A stretch of DNA of 20,000 nucleotides from contig JBDROZ010000022.1 in NCBI GenBank assembly GCA_043809585.1, positions 50,594-70,593 of the forward strand. Direction: 5' to 3'. The notes beneath the pieces are model-generated. The model was not told the origin of the DNA, searched no databases, and saw only the letters and a list, made by a program, of their open reading frames with translations. Every line of letters starts with the position of its first letter. Positions within the stretch are counted from its first letter, which is position 1. This DNA is from Candidatus Eiseniibacteriota bacterium. GTDB taxonomy: Bacteria; Orphanbacterota; Orphanbacteria; Orphanbacterales; Orphanbacteraceae. Positions 7,869 to 16,352 of this stretch are shown in pieces. Position numbers and translations under genes: made by a program.

Positions 7869-9671
7869 ATGACACCACGGAAGAAAGCCGAAGCCCTGTC
7901 CGCCAAGGCCCAACCGGACCTCTTCGGAGCGGCGGCCCGGAAGAAAGGGAGCGCCCCGGAGAAGAAGAGAACCCGGAGGGTCGTTCCCGAGGCGGATCCG
8001 CCGAAGAAGAAGACCCGACCCCGCCCGACAGTGGAAACGGGCAAGCTGATCGAGCTTCCCGTCAAGGCCGCCCCCCCGGACAGAGTGAGGGAGCCGGCCG
8101 CCCCGAAGGCGCCCCGGCGCCCGAAGAAGAGCCCGCCGAAGCCGGGCAAGCAGCGGGAGATCTCGGTCAGCGAGTTCTTCGCCAAGAACCGCCACCTCCT
8201 CGGCTTCGACAATCCGTCGAAGGCGCTTCTCACCACGGTGAAGGAGGCGGTGGACAACTCCCTCGACGCGTGCGAGGAGGCGGAGATCCTCCCCCGCGTG
8301 GAGGTCCGCATCGAGCAACTCTCGGAAGACCGGTTCCGCATCGCCGTCGAGGACAACGGGCCGGGCATCGTGAAGAAAGAGGCGCCCCGCATCTTCGGCT
8401 CCCTCCTCTACGGGAGCAAGTTCCACCGTCTCCGCCAGTCCCGGGGGCAGCAGGGCATCGGCATCTCCGCCGCCGGCATGTACGGCCAGATGACGACGGG
8501 GAAGCCGATGGTCGTCGTCTCCCGGACCGGCAAGAAGGCGACGGCCCACCGGTTCGCCCTCCTTCTCGACACGAAGAAGAACCTCCCCGTCATCGCCGAG
8601 GACGACGAGATCGAGTGGGGGCCGGAGCACGGGACCCGGGTCGAGATCGAGCTCGAGGGGACGTACAAGGGGGGACAGCACTCGGTGGACCGCTACCTCC
8701 GGCAGGTCGCCCTCGCCAATCCCCACGCCGAACTGCTTTATCACGCGCCCAAGGGAGAGACCCACCGCTACGAGCGGAGCGTGAGCGATCTTCCGCCCGA
8801 AGCGAAGGAGATCAAACCCCACCCCCGGGGGGTCGAGCTCGGCACGCTGATGAAGATGCTGAAGGAGACGAAGGCGAGGCACGTGAGCGCTTTTCTGACC
8901 CACGAGTTCAGCCGGGTGAGCGGCAAGGTGGCCGACGAGATCCTGGCGGCGGCGAATCTGAAGGCCAATACGAGCCCCGCCCGGGTGCACCGGGACGCGG
9001 CGGAGGTGCTCTACCGCGCCATCGGCAAGGCGAAGATCATGAACCCGCCGACCAACTGCCTCTCACCGATCGGCGAGGCCCAGCTGATCGCCTCGCTCCA
9101 GAGCCATCACGAGCCGGAGTTCGTGGCCGCCGTGACCCGGCCGCCCACGGTCTACCGGGGGAACCCCTTCGTCATCGAGGCGGCGCTCGCCTACGGCGGG
9201 AAGAGTTTCGACGCGGACCAGACCGCGGAGCTCTACCGCTTCGCGAACCGGGTGCCGCTCCAATACCAGAAGTCGGCGTGCGCCATCACCAAGAGCGTCA
9301 TCGACGTGGCGTGGCGGAGCTACATGGTCCAGCAGAGCCGGGGGGCCCTTCCCGTGGCGCCCATGGCGATTGCCGTGCACATCGCGTCGGTCTGGGTCCC
9401 CTTCACCTCCGAGTCGAAGGAGGCGATCGCCTCCTACCCGGAGATCCAGAAGGAAATCCGCCTCGCCCTCCAGGAGTGCGGGCGGAAGCTCGCCGCCCAC
9501 ATCCGCCGGGGGCGCCGCCTCGCCGACGCGGAGAAGAAGAGGAGCTACATCGAGAAATATCTTCCCCACATCGGGATCGCGTTGCAGGAGATCCTCGGCC
9601 TTTCCGACGAGCGCCGGGACGAGCGGATGACGCAGCTCGAGGAGATCCTCGAGCGCAGCCGGAAGTTGTAG
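7869..9671 (+). CDS. top6B: DNA topoisomerase VI subunit B (GHKL ATPase) with a long basic N-terminal extension
   Basis: 'QREISVSEFFAKNRHLLGFDNP', GHKL motifs 'KEAVDNSLDACEE', 'VEDNGPGI', 'LLYGSKFH..QSRGQQGIGISAA', 'HGTRVEI', 'EIKPHPRG', 'RFANRVPL', 'VPFTSESKEAIA'. Confidence 0.96.
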   Translation: MTPRKKAEALSAKAQPDLFGAAARKKGSAPEKKRTRRVVPEADPPKKKTRPRPTVETGKLIELPVKAAPPDRVREPAAPKAPRRPKKSPPKPGKQREISVSEFFAKNRHLLGFDNPSKALLTTVKEAVDNSLDACEEAEILPRVEVRIEQLSEDRFRIAVEDNGPGIVKKEAPRIFGSLLYGSKFHRLRQSRGQQGIGISAAGMYGQMTTGKPMVVVSRTGKKATAHRFALLLDTKKNLPVIAEDDEIEWGPEHGTRVEIELEGTYKGGQHSVDRYLRQVALANPHAELLYHAPKGETHRYERSVSDLPPEAKEIKPHPRGVELGTLMKMLKETKARHVSAFLTHEFSRVSGKVADEILAAANLKANTSPARVHRDAAEVLYRAIGKAKIMNPPTNCLSPIGEAQLIASLQSHHEPEFVAAVTRPPTVYRGNPFVIEAALAYGGKSFDADQTAELYRFANRVPLQYQKSACAITKSVIDVAWRSYMVQQSRGALPVAPMAIAVHIASVWVPFTSESKEAIASYPEIQKEIRLALQECGRKLAAHIRRGRRLADAEKKRSYIEKYLPHIGIALQEILGLSDERRDERMTQLEEILERSRKL

Positions 9672-9698
9672 AGGGCCGAAGGGCGAAGGAGAAGCGCC

Positions 9699-10814
9699 TT
9701 GCCGACCAAGAAGAAGAAGAAGGCGAAGACGAACGCCGGAGTCGCCGGCAAGATCGTCACCGAGGCGAAGGGCGTGGAGACCCACATCTCGCGGGGGAAG
9801 AAGCCATCCCTCCGCTTTCCGATCCGCTCGCTCCAAAACGTGAGCTACCAGCCGAAGAAGGGATTCTTCGAGATCAAGGGGCTGACGAAGGAGCGGACCC
9901 TGACGGTGAACACGGTGAAGACCTTCGCCCAGACGCTCCGCATGATGGCCCTCTCGAAGGAACTGATCGAGACGGATGACATCGCGACGAAGCGGGAAGC
10001 GTACTACGTCTCGAAGAACTGGGGGGACGCGCGGTTCGCGGAGCAGCCCGAGTCGGACACGGTGATCGAGGACGTGGAGGCCCTCTTTCGGGTGAACCGG
10101 GAGCAGCTCGGGTTCGTGCCGGAGGAGAAGGGGGGGGACGTGGCGGGGGACCTGGTCGTGATCGACGTGGACGGCGACACGGGAGAGGATCTCAAGATCG
10201 ACTGCCGCAGATTCGGCTCCGGCGCCTACTCGATTCCGATCTCCGTGGAGCACCTCCGGTTCGAGACGAAGGCGAAGTTCGTGCTCGTCATCGAGACGGC
10301 GGGCATGTTCCAGCGGCTCGTGAAGCACAACTACTGGAAAAAGGCCCAGTGCATCCTGGTCTCCATGGGGGGCGTGCCGACCCGGGCCTGCCGGCGGTTC
10401 ATCCGGCGCCTCGCGGACACGAAGAAGCTGCCGGTCTACGTCTTCGTCGACGGCGACCCGTACGGGATCACGAACATCTACCGGACCCTGAAGGTGGGCT
10501 CGGGAAACGCGGCGCACATGAACGAGTTCTTCTGCGTCCCCCAGGCCCACTTCCTCGGCATCACGCCCCAGGACATCATCGACTACAAACTCCCGACCCA
10601 TCCGCTGAAGGACGTGGACATCAAGCGGGCGAAGGACGCGCTGAAGAACGACCCCTTCGTGCTCCATCACAAGCTGTGGCAGAAGGCGATCCAGCAGATG
10701 GTGAAGATGGGCGTCCGCGCCGAGCAGCAGGCCCTCGCCAAGCACGGTCTGAACTACGTCATCGACGAGTACCTCCCCCAGAAGATCAAGCACCCGGAGC
10801 GGTTCTTGCCGTAG
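9699..10814 (+). CDS. top6A: DNA topoisomerase VI subunit A (Spo11-like)
   Basis: TTG start after AAGGAG; catalytic Tyr region 'ATKREAYYVSKNW', 'EQPESD..IEDVE', TOPRIM 'VIETAGMFQRL', 'GVPTRACRRFIRRL', 'FVDGDPYG', 'RAEQQAL'. Confidence 0.96.
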   Translation: MPTKKKKKAKTNAGVAGKIVTEAKGVETHISRGKKPSLRFPIRSLQNVSYQPKKGFFEIKGLTKERTLTVNTVKTFAQTLRMMALSKELIETDDIATKREAYYVSKNWGDARFAEQPESDTVIEDVEALFRVNREQLGFVPEEKGGDVAGDLVVIDVDGDTGEDLKIDCRRFGSGAYSIPISVEHLRFETKAKFVLVIETAGMFQRLVKHNYWKKAQCILVSMGGVPTRACRRFIRRLADTKKLPVYVFVDGDPYGITNIYRTLKVGSGNAAHMNEFFCVPQAHFLGITPQDIIDYKLPTHPLKDVDIKRAKDALKNDPFVLHHKLWQKAIQQMVKMGVRAEQQALAKHGLNYVIDEYLPQKIKHPERFLP

Positions 10815-10993
10815 GGGGAGGGCGGGGCGGTGGCTCGAGAGGCGTCAGTCCCCCACCCACTCCGAATCCGCATCGTCGGAGAGGTCCGGAATGACCCCTT
10901 TCCGAAGACAGAAATCTTGGGTATATTTCTCTCACGCGGGCCCTTAGGGGCTCGATTGCTAACCGACGTTTTTACAAGGAGTTTCCGGATTCC

Positions 10994-11887
10994 ATGTTCC
11001 GAAGGCCTTCCATCTTCCCCCTGTTTCTCCTCCTCGCGGGGCTTCTCCTCAGCTCCTGCGACAACGGGATCGAGGTGGTCGATGTCAACGCGACACCGCC
11101 GGCCGTCCAGGGAGTCCGGATCGGGACGGGGCCGGGAGTGCTCACCCTTCACTGGAACTTCCTCGACGAAGTGAGCCCCCAGCTCACGTTCTCGGGCTAC
11201 TTGGTCTACATGACGCGCGAAGACTTCACCGGGAACGACGCGGGCTTCCAGGTGTGGAGGTCCTTCATCACCCGGGCGGGAAGCGGATCCTATCTGCCCT
11301 TGCTGAAGAGGACGAACTCCCTCTCCGACGACCACATGGAAGTGGAGGTGGTGGGGCTCCAAAGCGGGAAGCTCCACAAGTTCTACGTCGTGGGCGTGCA
11401 GAACGGCCACGACGGGCCGGCGTCGAGCGAAGTGAGCGACGTCCCCTTCGCCCGAAAGCCGGAGATCCGAATCCGCGAAGAGAAACGGGACATCCCCGAC
11501 TGGTACATCGTCGGCTACGGGAATGCCGATCTTCGAGACCCCGCCCCCGACCGGGTCGGCTACCGCTACGAGCCGTTCCTCAAGGAACATTACCTCCGCT
11601 GGCAGTCGATCGAGGACGGCGGCTGGCTCCGCATCCGGAAGGGGGGACCGAACGCGGCGAAGGAAGACGCCCCGGAAGACGGCTACATCGACTCGCCGGC
11701 GGCGAACCGCATCGAAATCGACGAGGGGGACCACATCTTCGTCTGGAACACCAACGGCACGCCGGAGAACCCGGGAGACGACCACTACTCCCGCATCCTG
11801 ATCGAGAACATCGTCGAGATCCAGGACCACAGGGCCCTCATCATCGAATGCGACTACCAGCCCCGTCCGAACACGCCGAATTTGTAA
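10994..11887 (+). CDS. Predicted lipoprotein with fibronectin type III-like region, function unknown
   Basis: Lipobox 'LLLSS-C' after a hydrophobic stretch; FN3-like pattern 'PPAVQGVRI..LTLHW..FSGYLVY..VVGLQSGKLHKFYVVGV..DGPAS'; AAGGAG upstream. Confidence 0.65.
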   Translation: MFRRPSIFPLFLLLAGLLLSSCDNGIEVVDVNATPPAVQGVRIGTGPGVLTLHWNFLDEVSPQLTFSGYLVYMTREDFTGNDAGFQVWRSFITRAGSGSYLPLLKRTNSLSDDHMEVEVVGLQSGKLHKFYVVGVQNGHDGPASSEVSDVPFARKPEIRIREEKRDIPDWYIVGYGNADLRDPAPDRVGYRYEPFLKEHYLRWQSIEDGGWLRIRKGGPNAAKEDAPEDGYIDSPAANRIEIDEGDHIFVWNTNGTPENPGDDHYSRILIENIVEIQDHRALIIECDYQPRPNTPNL

Positions 11888-11974
11888 CCGCCCGCCGATT
11901 CTCGAATGGCCCTGCTGCGGCCCGCGGAAAACGTGTACGATTACGAAGCGGATCTCGAAACGACAGAGGGTTCC

Positions 11975-13210
11975 ATGTACGACGTGCAGGCGATCCGGCG
12001 GCGGTTTCCCGCGTTCCGGGAGAAGCGGGAGGGCCCGCCGCTCATCTATCTCGACAACGCCTCCACCTCCCAGAAACCGGACGAGGTGATCGAGGCGGTC
12101 GCCGGCTTCTACCGCCGCGGGTGCGGCAACGTCCACCGGGGGGCCCACGCCCTGACGAGCGAGGCGACCCGCCTTTACGAGGAAGCCCGGGACGTGGTCG
12201 CCCGATTCCTCGGCGCCGCCGACCCCCGGGAGATCGTCTTCACCCGGAACGCCACCGAGGCGATCCACCTCGTCGCCTATTCATGGGCGTGGGAGAACGT
12301 CGGCGAGGGGGACGAGATCGTCCTCTCCGAGATGGAGCACACCTCGAACCTGACGCCCTGGCAGTTCCTCGCCAAGGAGAAGAACGCCCGGCTGAGATTC
12401 CTCGGCCTCGGCCCGGACGAGCACCTCGAGGCCGGGGGCCTCGAACGGCTCCTCACGGACCGCACGAAGCTCGTCTCCCTCATCCACGTCTCCAACTCGA
12501 TCGGCGTGATCAACCCGGTCCGGGACCTCGCCGCCGCCGCCCGGGCGCGGGGCGTCCCCGTCATGATCGACGGCGCCCAGTCGGCCCCCCACATCCCGGT
12601 GGACGTCGCGGAAATGGGCTGCGACTTCTTCGTCTTCTCCGGGCACAAGATGCTCGGCCCCACCGGCGCCGGCGTCCTCTGGGGGCGCCGGCCGATCCTC
12701 GAGTCGATGCGCCCCTTCCTCGGCGGCGGCGGCACCGTGCGGGACGCGGGGAGGCTGGGCTCGACCTTCAACGAGGCGCCGTGGAAACTCGAGGCGGGAA
12801 CGCCGAGCGTGGCGGACGTGGTCGGCCTCGCCGCCGCGATCCGCTTCCTCGAAGAGATCGGGATGGAAGAGATCGCCGCCTACGAGAAGGTCCTCACCGG
12901 GATGGCGCTTCGCGCGCTCGAGGGCGTTCCCGGCCTCACCCTCTACGGCCCCGAATCGGCCGAACAGAGGACCGGCGTCCTCTCGTTCACCCTGGCCGGC
13001 GTCCCCCCCCTCCCCCTCGCCCGATTCCTTGACGAGCGGGGCGTGGCGATCCGGGCGGGGGACCACTGCACCCAGCTCCTGCTCCGATCGATGGGCGTCG
13101 CCGCCACCGCCCGGGCCTCTCTCTACCTTTACAACACGGAAGAAGAGATCGACCGCTTCGCTCGGTTCCTGGCCGAAGCGGCCGCCCTCCCCCGCTCCGC
13201 CTGGCGCTGA
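11975..13210 (+). CDS. SufS/CsdA-like (class II) PLP-dependent cysteine desulfurase
   Basis: 'IYLDNASTSQKP', 'NVHRGAH', 'FTRNATEAI', 'EMEHTSN', 'DGAQSAPH', PLP-Lys 'FSGHKMLGPTG', 'EAGTP', 'RAGDHC', 'RASLYLYNT'. Start 11975 preferred (AGAGGG SD); 11906 is an alternative. Confidence 0.9.
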   Translation: MYDVQAIRRRFPAFREKREGPPLIYLDNASTSQKPDEVIEAVAGFYRRGCGNVHRGAHALTSEATRLYEEARDVVARFLGAADPREIVFTRNATEAIHLVAYSWAWENVGEGDEIVLSEMEHTSNLTPWQFLAKEKNARLRFLGLGPDEHLEAGGLERLLTDRTKLVSLIHVSNSIGVINPVRDLAAAARARGVPVMIDGAQSAPHIPVDVAEMGCDFFVFSGHKMLGPTGAGVLWGRRPILESMRPFLGGGGTVRDAGRLGSTFNEAPWKLEAGTPSVADVVGLAAAIRFLEEIGMEEIAAYEKVLTGMALRALEGVPGLTLYGPESAEQRTGVLSFTLAGVPPLPLARFLDERGVAIRAGDHCTQLLLRSMGVAATARASLYLYNTEEEIDRFARFLAEAAALPRSAWR

Positions 13211-13311
13211 GCCGGCGCGGCGGCGGTGAACCCGGAGGGACCCGGCGCGTTATGGAATCGGAGGGCCGCCGGAAGCCGAAAAACCCGGCGGGGCCCCCGG
13301 AGGTGCATGTC

Positions 13312-14562
13312 ATGAAATACCGTTGGTTCCTTCTTCCCGCGGCGGCCGCGCTCGGCATCGCCGCCCTCGCGGCCCCCGACCGGGACGTCCGGGGGGCGGA
13401 GCATCCCGAGCGGATCGTCTCGAAGCGGATCCGCATCCTCTCCTCCGAGCGTTACGGCGAGCTCAGGGACGCATGGGAGGCGTACACGAAGGGGCACCCG
13501 AAAGACCCGATGGGATGGACCGAGCTCGCCAAGGCGTCCCGGTACGCCGGCGTGCCGTGCGAGGAATACATCCGCTTCGCCGAGAAGGCGGCGTACCTCG
13601 ACTCCGGCTACGCCGACGGGCTGACCGCCCTCGGGAGCTACCGGTGGTGCGTCTACTGCCCGACCGAGCCGGTCGACCCGTCCGCCGGGATCGCCCTCCT
13701 CGAACGGGCCCTCTTGATCGACCCCGGCTACGGCGAACCGCACTACACGCTCTGGGTGATGAAGATGTCGGAGGGGAAGAAGGAAGAAGCGAACCTGCAC
13801 CTCACGGCGCTTCTCGACGGCGGCCACATCCCGGAGCCTCTCGTGGACCTCGCGCAGAACATGCTCGCCGGGGTCGATCGGAACGGCATCGTGCTCACCA
13901 ACGGCGACAATGACACGTATCCGCCCCTCGCCCTGCAAGCGGCCCGGGGCTTCCGGACCGACGTGGCGATCGTGAACCTGTCGCTCCTCAATCTCGACTG
14001 GTACCGGGAAGGCCTCCGGAACGGCCCGTGGAAAGTGCCGGTGCCGGAGCCGCCGGCGAGCGTCAAGGGGCCGACGAGCCCCCCCGCCCTCGAGGGGCTG
14101 ATCGAGAACCTCGCGAGAGAGCGCTGGCGGAGGCCCCTCTACTACTCGGTCACCGTCGCCCTCGACTACTACCCCCACCCGAACGAGCTCTCTCTCGAAG
14201 GGATCGTCTACCGTGTCCTTCCGGAGACAGGGGAGACGACCCGGGTCGACGGGGAAGCCCTCGCCCGCAACCTGGAGGAGGTCTACCGGATGGAGAGCGC
14301 CACGAGCCTCGGCATCGACTGGGACGCCTACTCGGCGCTCCGGAGCCTCATGGTGAACTACGCGGCGGGTTACGGCCGGCTCGCGGAAGCGAAGGCCGCG
14401 GGGGGTGATCGGACGGGGGCCCGGCGAAGCATGGAACAAGGCCTCTCTCTCTGCGAGTTTCACGGCTTGAACGAGTGGGGGGAGCGGCTCGCCGGCGCGT
14501 GGGCCGAATGGGACGAGGATTCGCCGGAACCGGAGCGTTGGCTCGAGCGGTTCAAGAAGTAG
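13312..14562 (+). CDS. Secreted TPR-like protein carrying the soluble segment typical of DUF2723 proteins
   Basis: ATG after GGAGGTG; signal peptide MKYRWFLLPAAAALGIAALA; TPR-like helices; 'IVLTNGDNDTYP..FRTDVAIVNLSLLNLDWY', 'RPLYYSVTV', 'LEGIVYRV'. Confidence 0.65.
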   Translation: MKYRWFLLPAAAALGIAALAAPDRDVRGAEHPERIVSKRIRILSSERYGELRDAWEAYTKGHPKDPMGWTELAKASRYAGVPCEEYIRFAEKAAYLDSGYADGLTALGSYRWCVYCPTEPVDPSAGIALLERALLIDPGYGEPHYTLWVMKMSEGKKEEANLHLTALLDGGHIPEPLVDLAQNMLAGVDRNGIVLTNGDNDTYPPLALQAARGFRTDVAIVNLSLLNLDWYREGLRNGPWKVPVPEPPASVKGPTSPPALEGLIENLARERWRRPLYYSVTVALDYYPHPNELSLEGIVYRVLPETGETTRVDGEALARNLEEVYRMESATSLGIDWDAYSALRSLMVNYAAGYGRLAEAKAAGGDRTGARRSMEQGLSLCEFHGLNEWGERLAGAWAEWDEDSPEPERWLERFKK

Positions 14563-14590
14563 GCCGGCGCCCCGGAGATCGGAAACGGAA

Positions 14591-15181
14591 TTGACATCTG
14601 TGGACGAGGAGATCGCCCGCCGCATCCGGCGGGGGGACGAGAAGGCGTTCGACGCCTTCTTCGACCGTTTCGGCGGCCCCCTCCTCGGTTACCTGACCGG
14701 CATGGTCGGCAACCGGGCTTCGGCGGAGGATCTCCTTCAGGAGACGGTGATCCGCATCCACCGGAACATCGACCGGTACAAAGAGCGGGGCGCCTTCAGG
14801 TCGTGGGTCTACCGGATAGCGACGAACGGGGCCCTCTCCGAACTCCGGCGGGCCCGGTTCGCGGCGGAGAGCCTGGATGGTTCGGCCCTGCAGGTGCCCG
14901 ACCCCGGCGCGGCGAACCCCCTGGATCTGTTGGAGGCGGAGGAGCGGGAGCGGGCGCTCCGGAAGGGGATGGAGACCCTTCCCGACGACCATCGGGCGGT
15001 GCTCCTTCTCCGGGTGCGGGAGGGGATGCCCGTCGCCGAGATCGCCCGGACCCTCCGCATCCCCTTGGGGACGGTGAAGTCGAGGATGCACTACGGCGTG
15101 CGGAAGCTGCGCGCGTACCTGGAAGAGGAAGACCGGCCGGCGGCCGGGGTTCCGGATGGGGTGAACGAAGATGAACTGTGA
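14591..15181 (+). CDS. ECF RNA polymerase sigma factor (sigma-70 family, RpoE-like)
   Basis: 'GDEKAFDAFFDRF', 'AEDLLQETVIRI', 'FRSWVYRIATN', region 4 'EIARTLRIPLGTVKSRMHYG'. Start TTG 14591 or GTG 14600. Confidence 0.92.
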   Translation: MTSVDEEIARRIRRGDEKAFDAFFDRFGGPLLGYLTGMVGNRASAEDLLQETVIRIHRNIDRYKERGAFRSWVYRIATNGALSELRRARFAAESLDGSALQVPDPGAANPLDLLEAEERERALRKGMETLPDDHRAVLLLRVREGMPVAEIARTLRIPLGTVKSRMHYGVRKLRAYLEEEDRPAAGVPDGVNEDEL

Positions 15182-15617
15182 GGAAGCGAAGAAGGACCTG
15201 GTCGAACTGGTTTTCGGCGAGCCGGACGCGGGACGGGAGATTCTCCTCCACCAGCACCTCGCCGGCTGCGAATCGTGCCGGGGTGAGGAGCGGCGGCTGC
15301 TCCGGCTCCGGGAAGACCTCCGGGGGGAGATCCCGGTGGCGGGACCGGAGATCCGGCGGCGCATCCGGGACGCCCTGCCCCGGCGCAGGAGGAGAGACGC
15401 GCTCGCCTTCCTGCGACGGCCCGTACCGGCCTATGTCGCGGCCGCGGCCTGTCTCGCCGGCGTCCTCTTCGCCCGGGGAGTTCCGGAGCGGGCCGTCGTG
15501 AAAGGGGGCGCCCCCTCGGCGACGACGGTCATCGAGGAGAGCCCCACCCCCTTCGCCGTGGCCGGATCCTACGAAACCGCCGTGACGTGGGAGGCCCTCT
15601 CCACCGATAGCCTGTAG
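15171..15617 (+). CDS. Zinc-binding anti-sigma factor (zf-HC2/ZAS) with one TM helix
   Basis: Overlaps the sigma gene end; 'MNC..HLAGCESC' (HxxxCxxC); hydrophobic 'VPAYVAAAACLAGVLFA'. Confidence 0.85.
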   Translation: MNCEEAKKDLVELVFGEPDAGREILLHQHLAGCESCRGEERRLLRLREDLRGEIPVAGPEIRRRIRDALPRRRRRDALAFLRRPVPAYVAAAACLAGVLFARGVPERAVVKGGAPSATTVIEESPTPFAVAGSYETAVTWEALSTDSL

Positions 15618-15861
15618 CCTGCATTATGCACAAATCTCCTACTGCGATCTCGGATCGCCGCCTGCGAAGCCTCCTTTCCTTCGCCGCCTCCTCTATGGGG
15701 CCCGGCGGGCGCTTGGACTTATCGCGCCGGATAGGAGCGATAAGTGATAGCGCCCGGGGGGAGGCTCTTATGACTACGCCTCCGGTGGCGGCTCGTCCAC
15801 GTCAGCTTCTCGTCAGGCGATCCGAGCCCTCGTAACGGAGATTCATGCATAATCCAGGCTA
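15615..15861. mobile_element. MITE-like palindromic element, copy 1 (with a 76-bp internal insert)
   Basis: Terminal inverted repeats TAGCCTGCATTATGCA (15615-15630) / TGCATAATCCAGGCTA (15846-15861), 15/16 match, extending imperfectly inward (AATCTCC/GGAGATT, CTCGGATCGCC/GGCGATCCGAG); near-identical second copy at 19876; no coding capacity. Confidence 0.8.
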
Positions 15862-15919
15862 GGAGCGATAAGTGATAGCGCCCGGGGGGAGGCTCTTATG
15901 ACTACACCTCCGGTGGCGG
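15732..15919 (+). repeat. 60-bp direct repeat (15732-15791 and 15860-15919)
   Basis: TAGGAGCGATAAGTGATAGCGCCCGGGGGGAGGCTCTTATGACTAC(G/A)CCTCCGGTGGCGG, 59/60 identical. Confidence 0.95.
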
Positions 15920-16296
15920 AAGTCCGATTGCGCCGGGGTACCCGTCGGAGCGAAGCGACGGTGGGCCGGGGCCGGGAGTACCCGGAGCGCGGAAGCGCGA
16001 AGGGTGATGCCTACAGCCCTCCGGGCTCGTACGGGTAGTGTTGCGCGGACCGCCGACAACTCCCCGGTTATGCCCCGGTCCCTCCCGATGCCGGTCCGCC
16101 CCCGCCGCGCACAGAATCGAGCCTCCGGGAAACCCGGAACGGTTCACTCCGGGAAGACCGCATTCCACGAGACGGTCAGAGACCGGTTCTCTTCCATCCT
16201 GGCCGCCCGGAGCTACCCGAGGGGGAGCGGCGGTCCGACGAGATCCATGTCATGGTCCCGGAGGAGCCGGGCCAATTCCGGCCCCTCCGGGATTCC

Positions 16297-16335
16297 ATTC
16301 AACGCCGTCGCGACGGGGCGGACCGTTGGTTCGAC
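16297..16335 (-). other. Possible internally deleted attC remnant
   Basis: Minus strand GTCGAAC-25 nt-GTTGAAT just after the GNAT stop; R''/R'-like boxes, but only 39 bp and no L boxes. Confidence 0.3.
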
Positions 16336-16352
16336 GGATCCGGCCGACGACC

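Noticed and set aside
14591-14596. Perfect TTGACA as a promoter -35
   Set aside because: It coincides with the sigma-factor start region and has no -10-like hexamer 16-18 nt downstream.
314-14625. Long antisense or alternate-frame ORFs (e.g. 314-1897+, 2044-3945+, 4719-6347+, 6377-8392-, 7862-9979+, 9063-10793-, 10754-12268-, 11254-13032+, 13129-14625-)
   Set aside because: Shadow ORFs expected from high GC3 codon usage; each overlaps a gene with clear family motifs and has none itself.
15732-15919. CRISPR array
   Set aside because: Only two 60-bp copies, the intervening sequence belongs to the palindromic element, and there are no cas genes.
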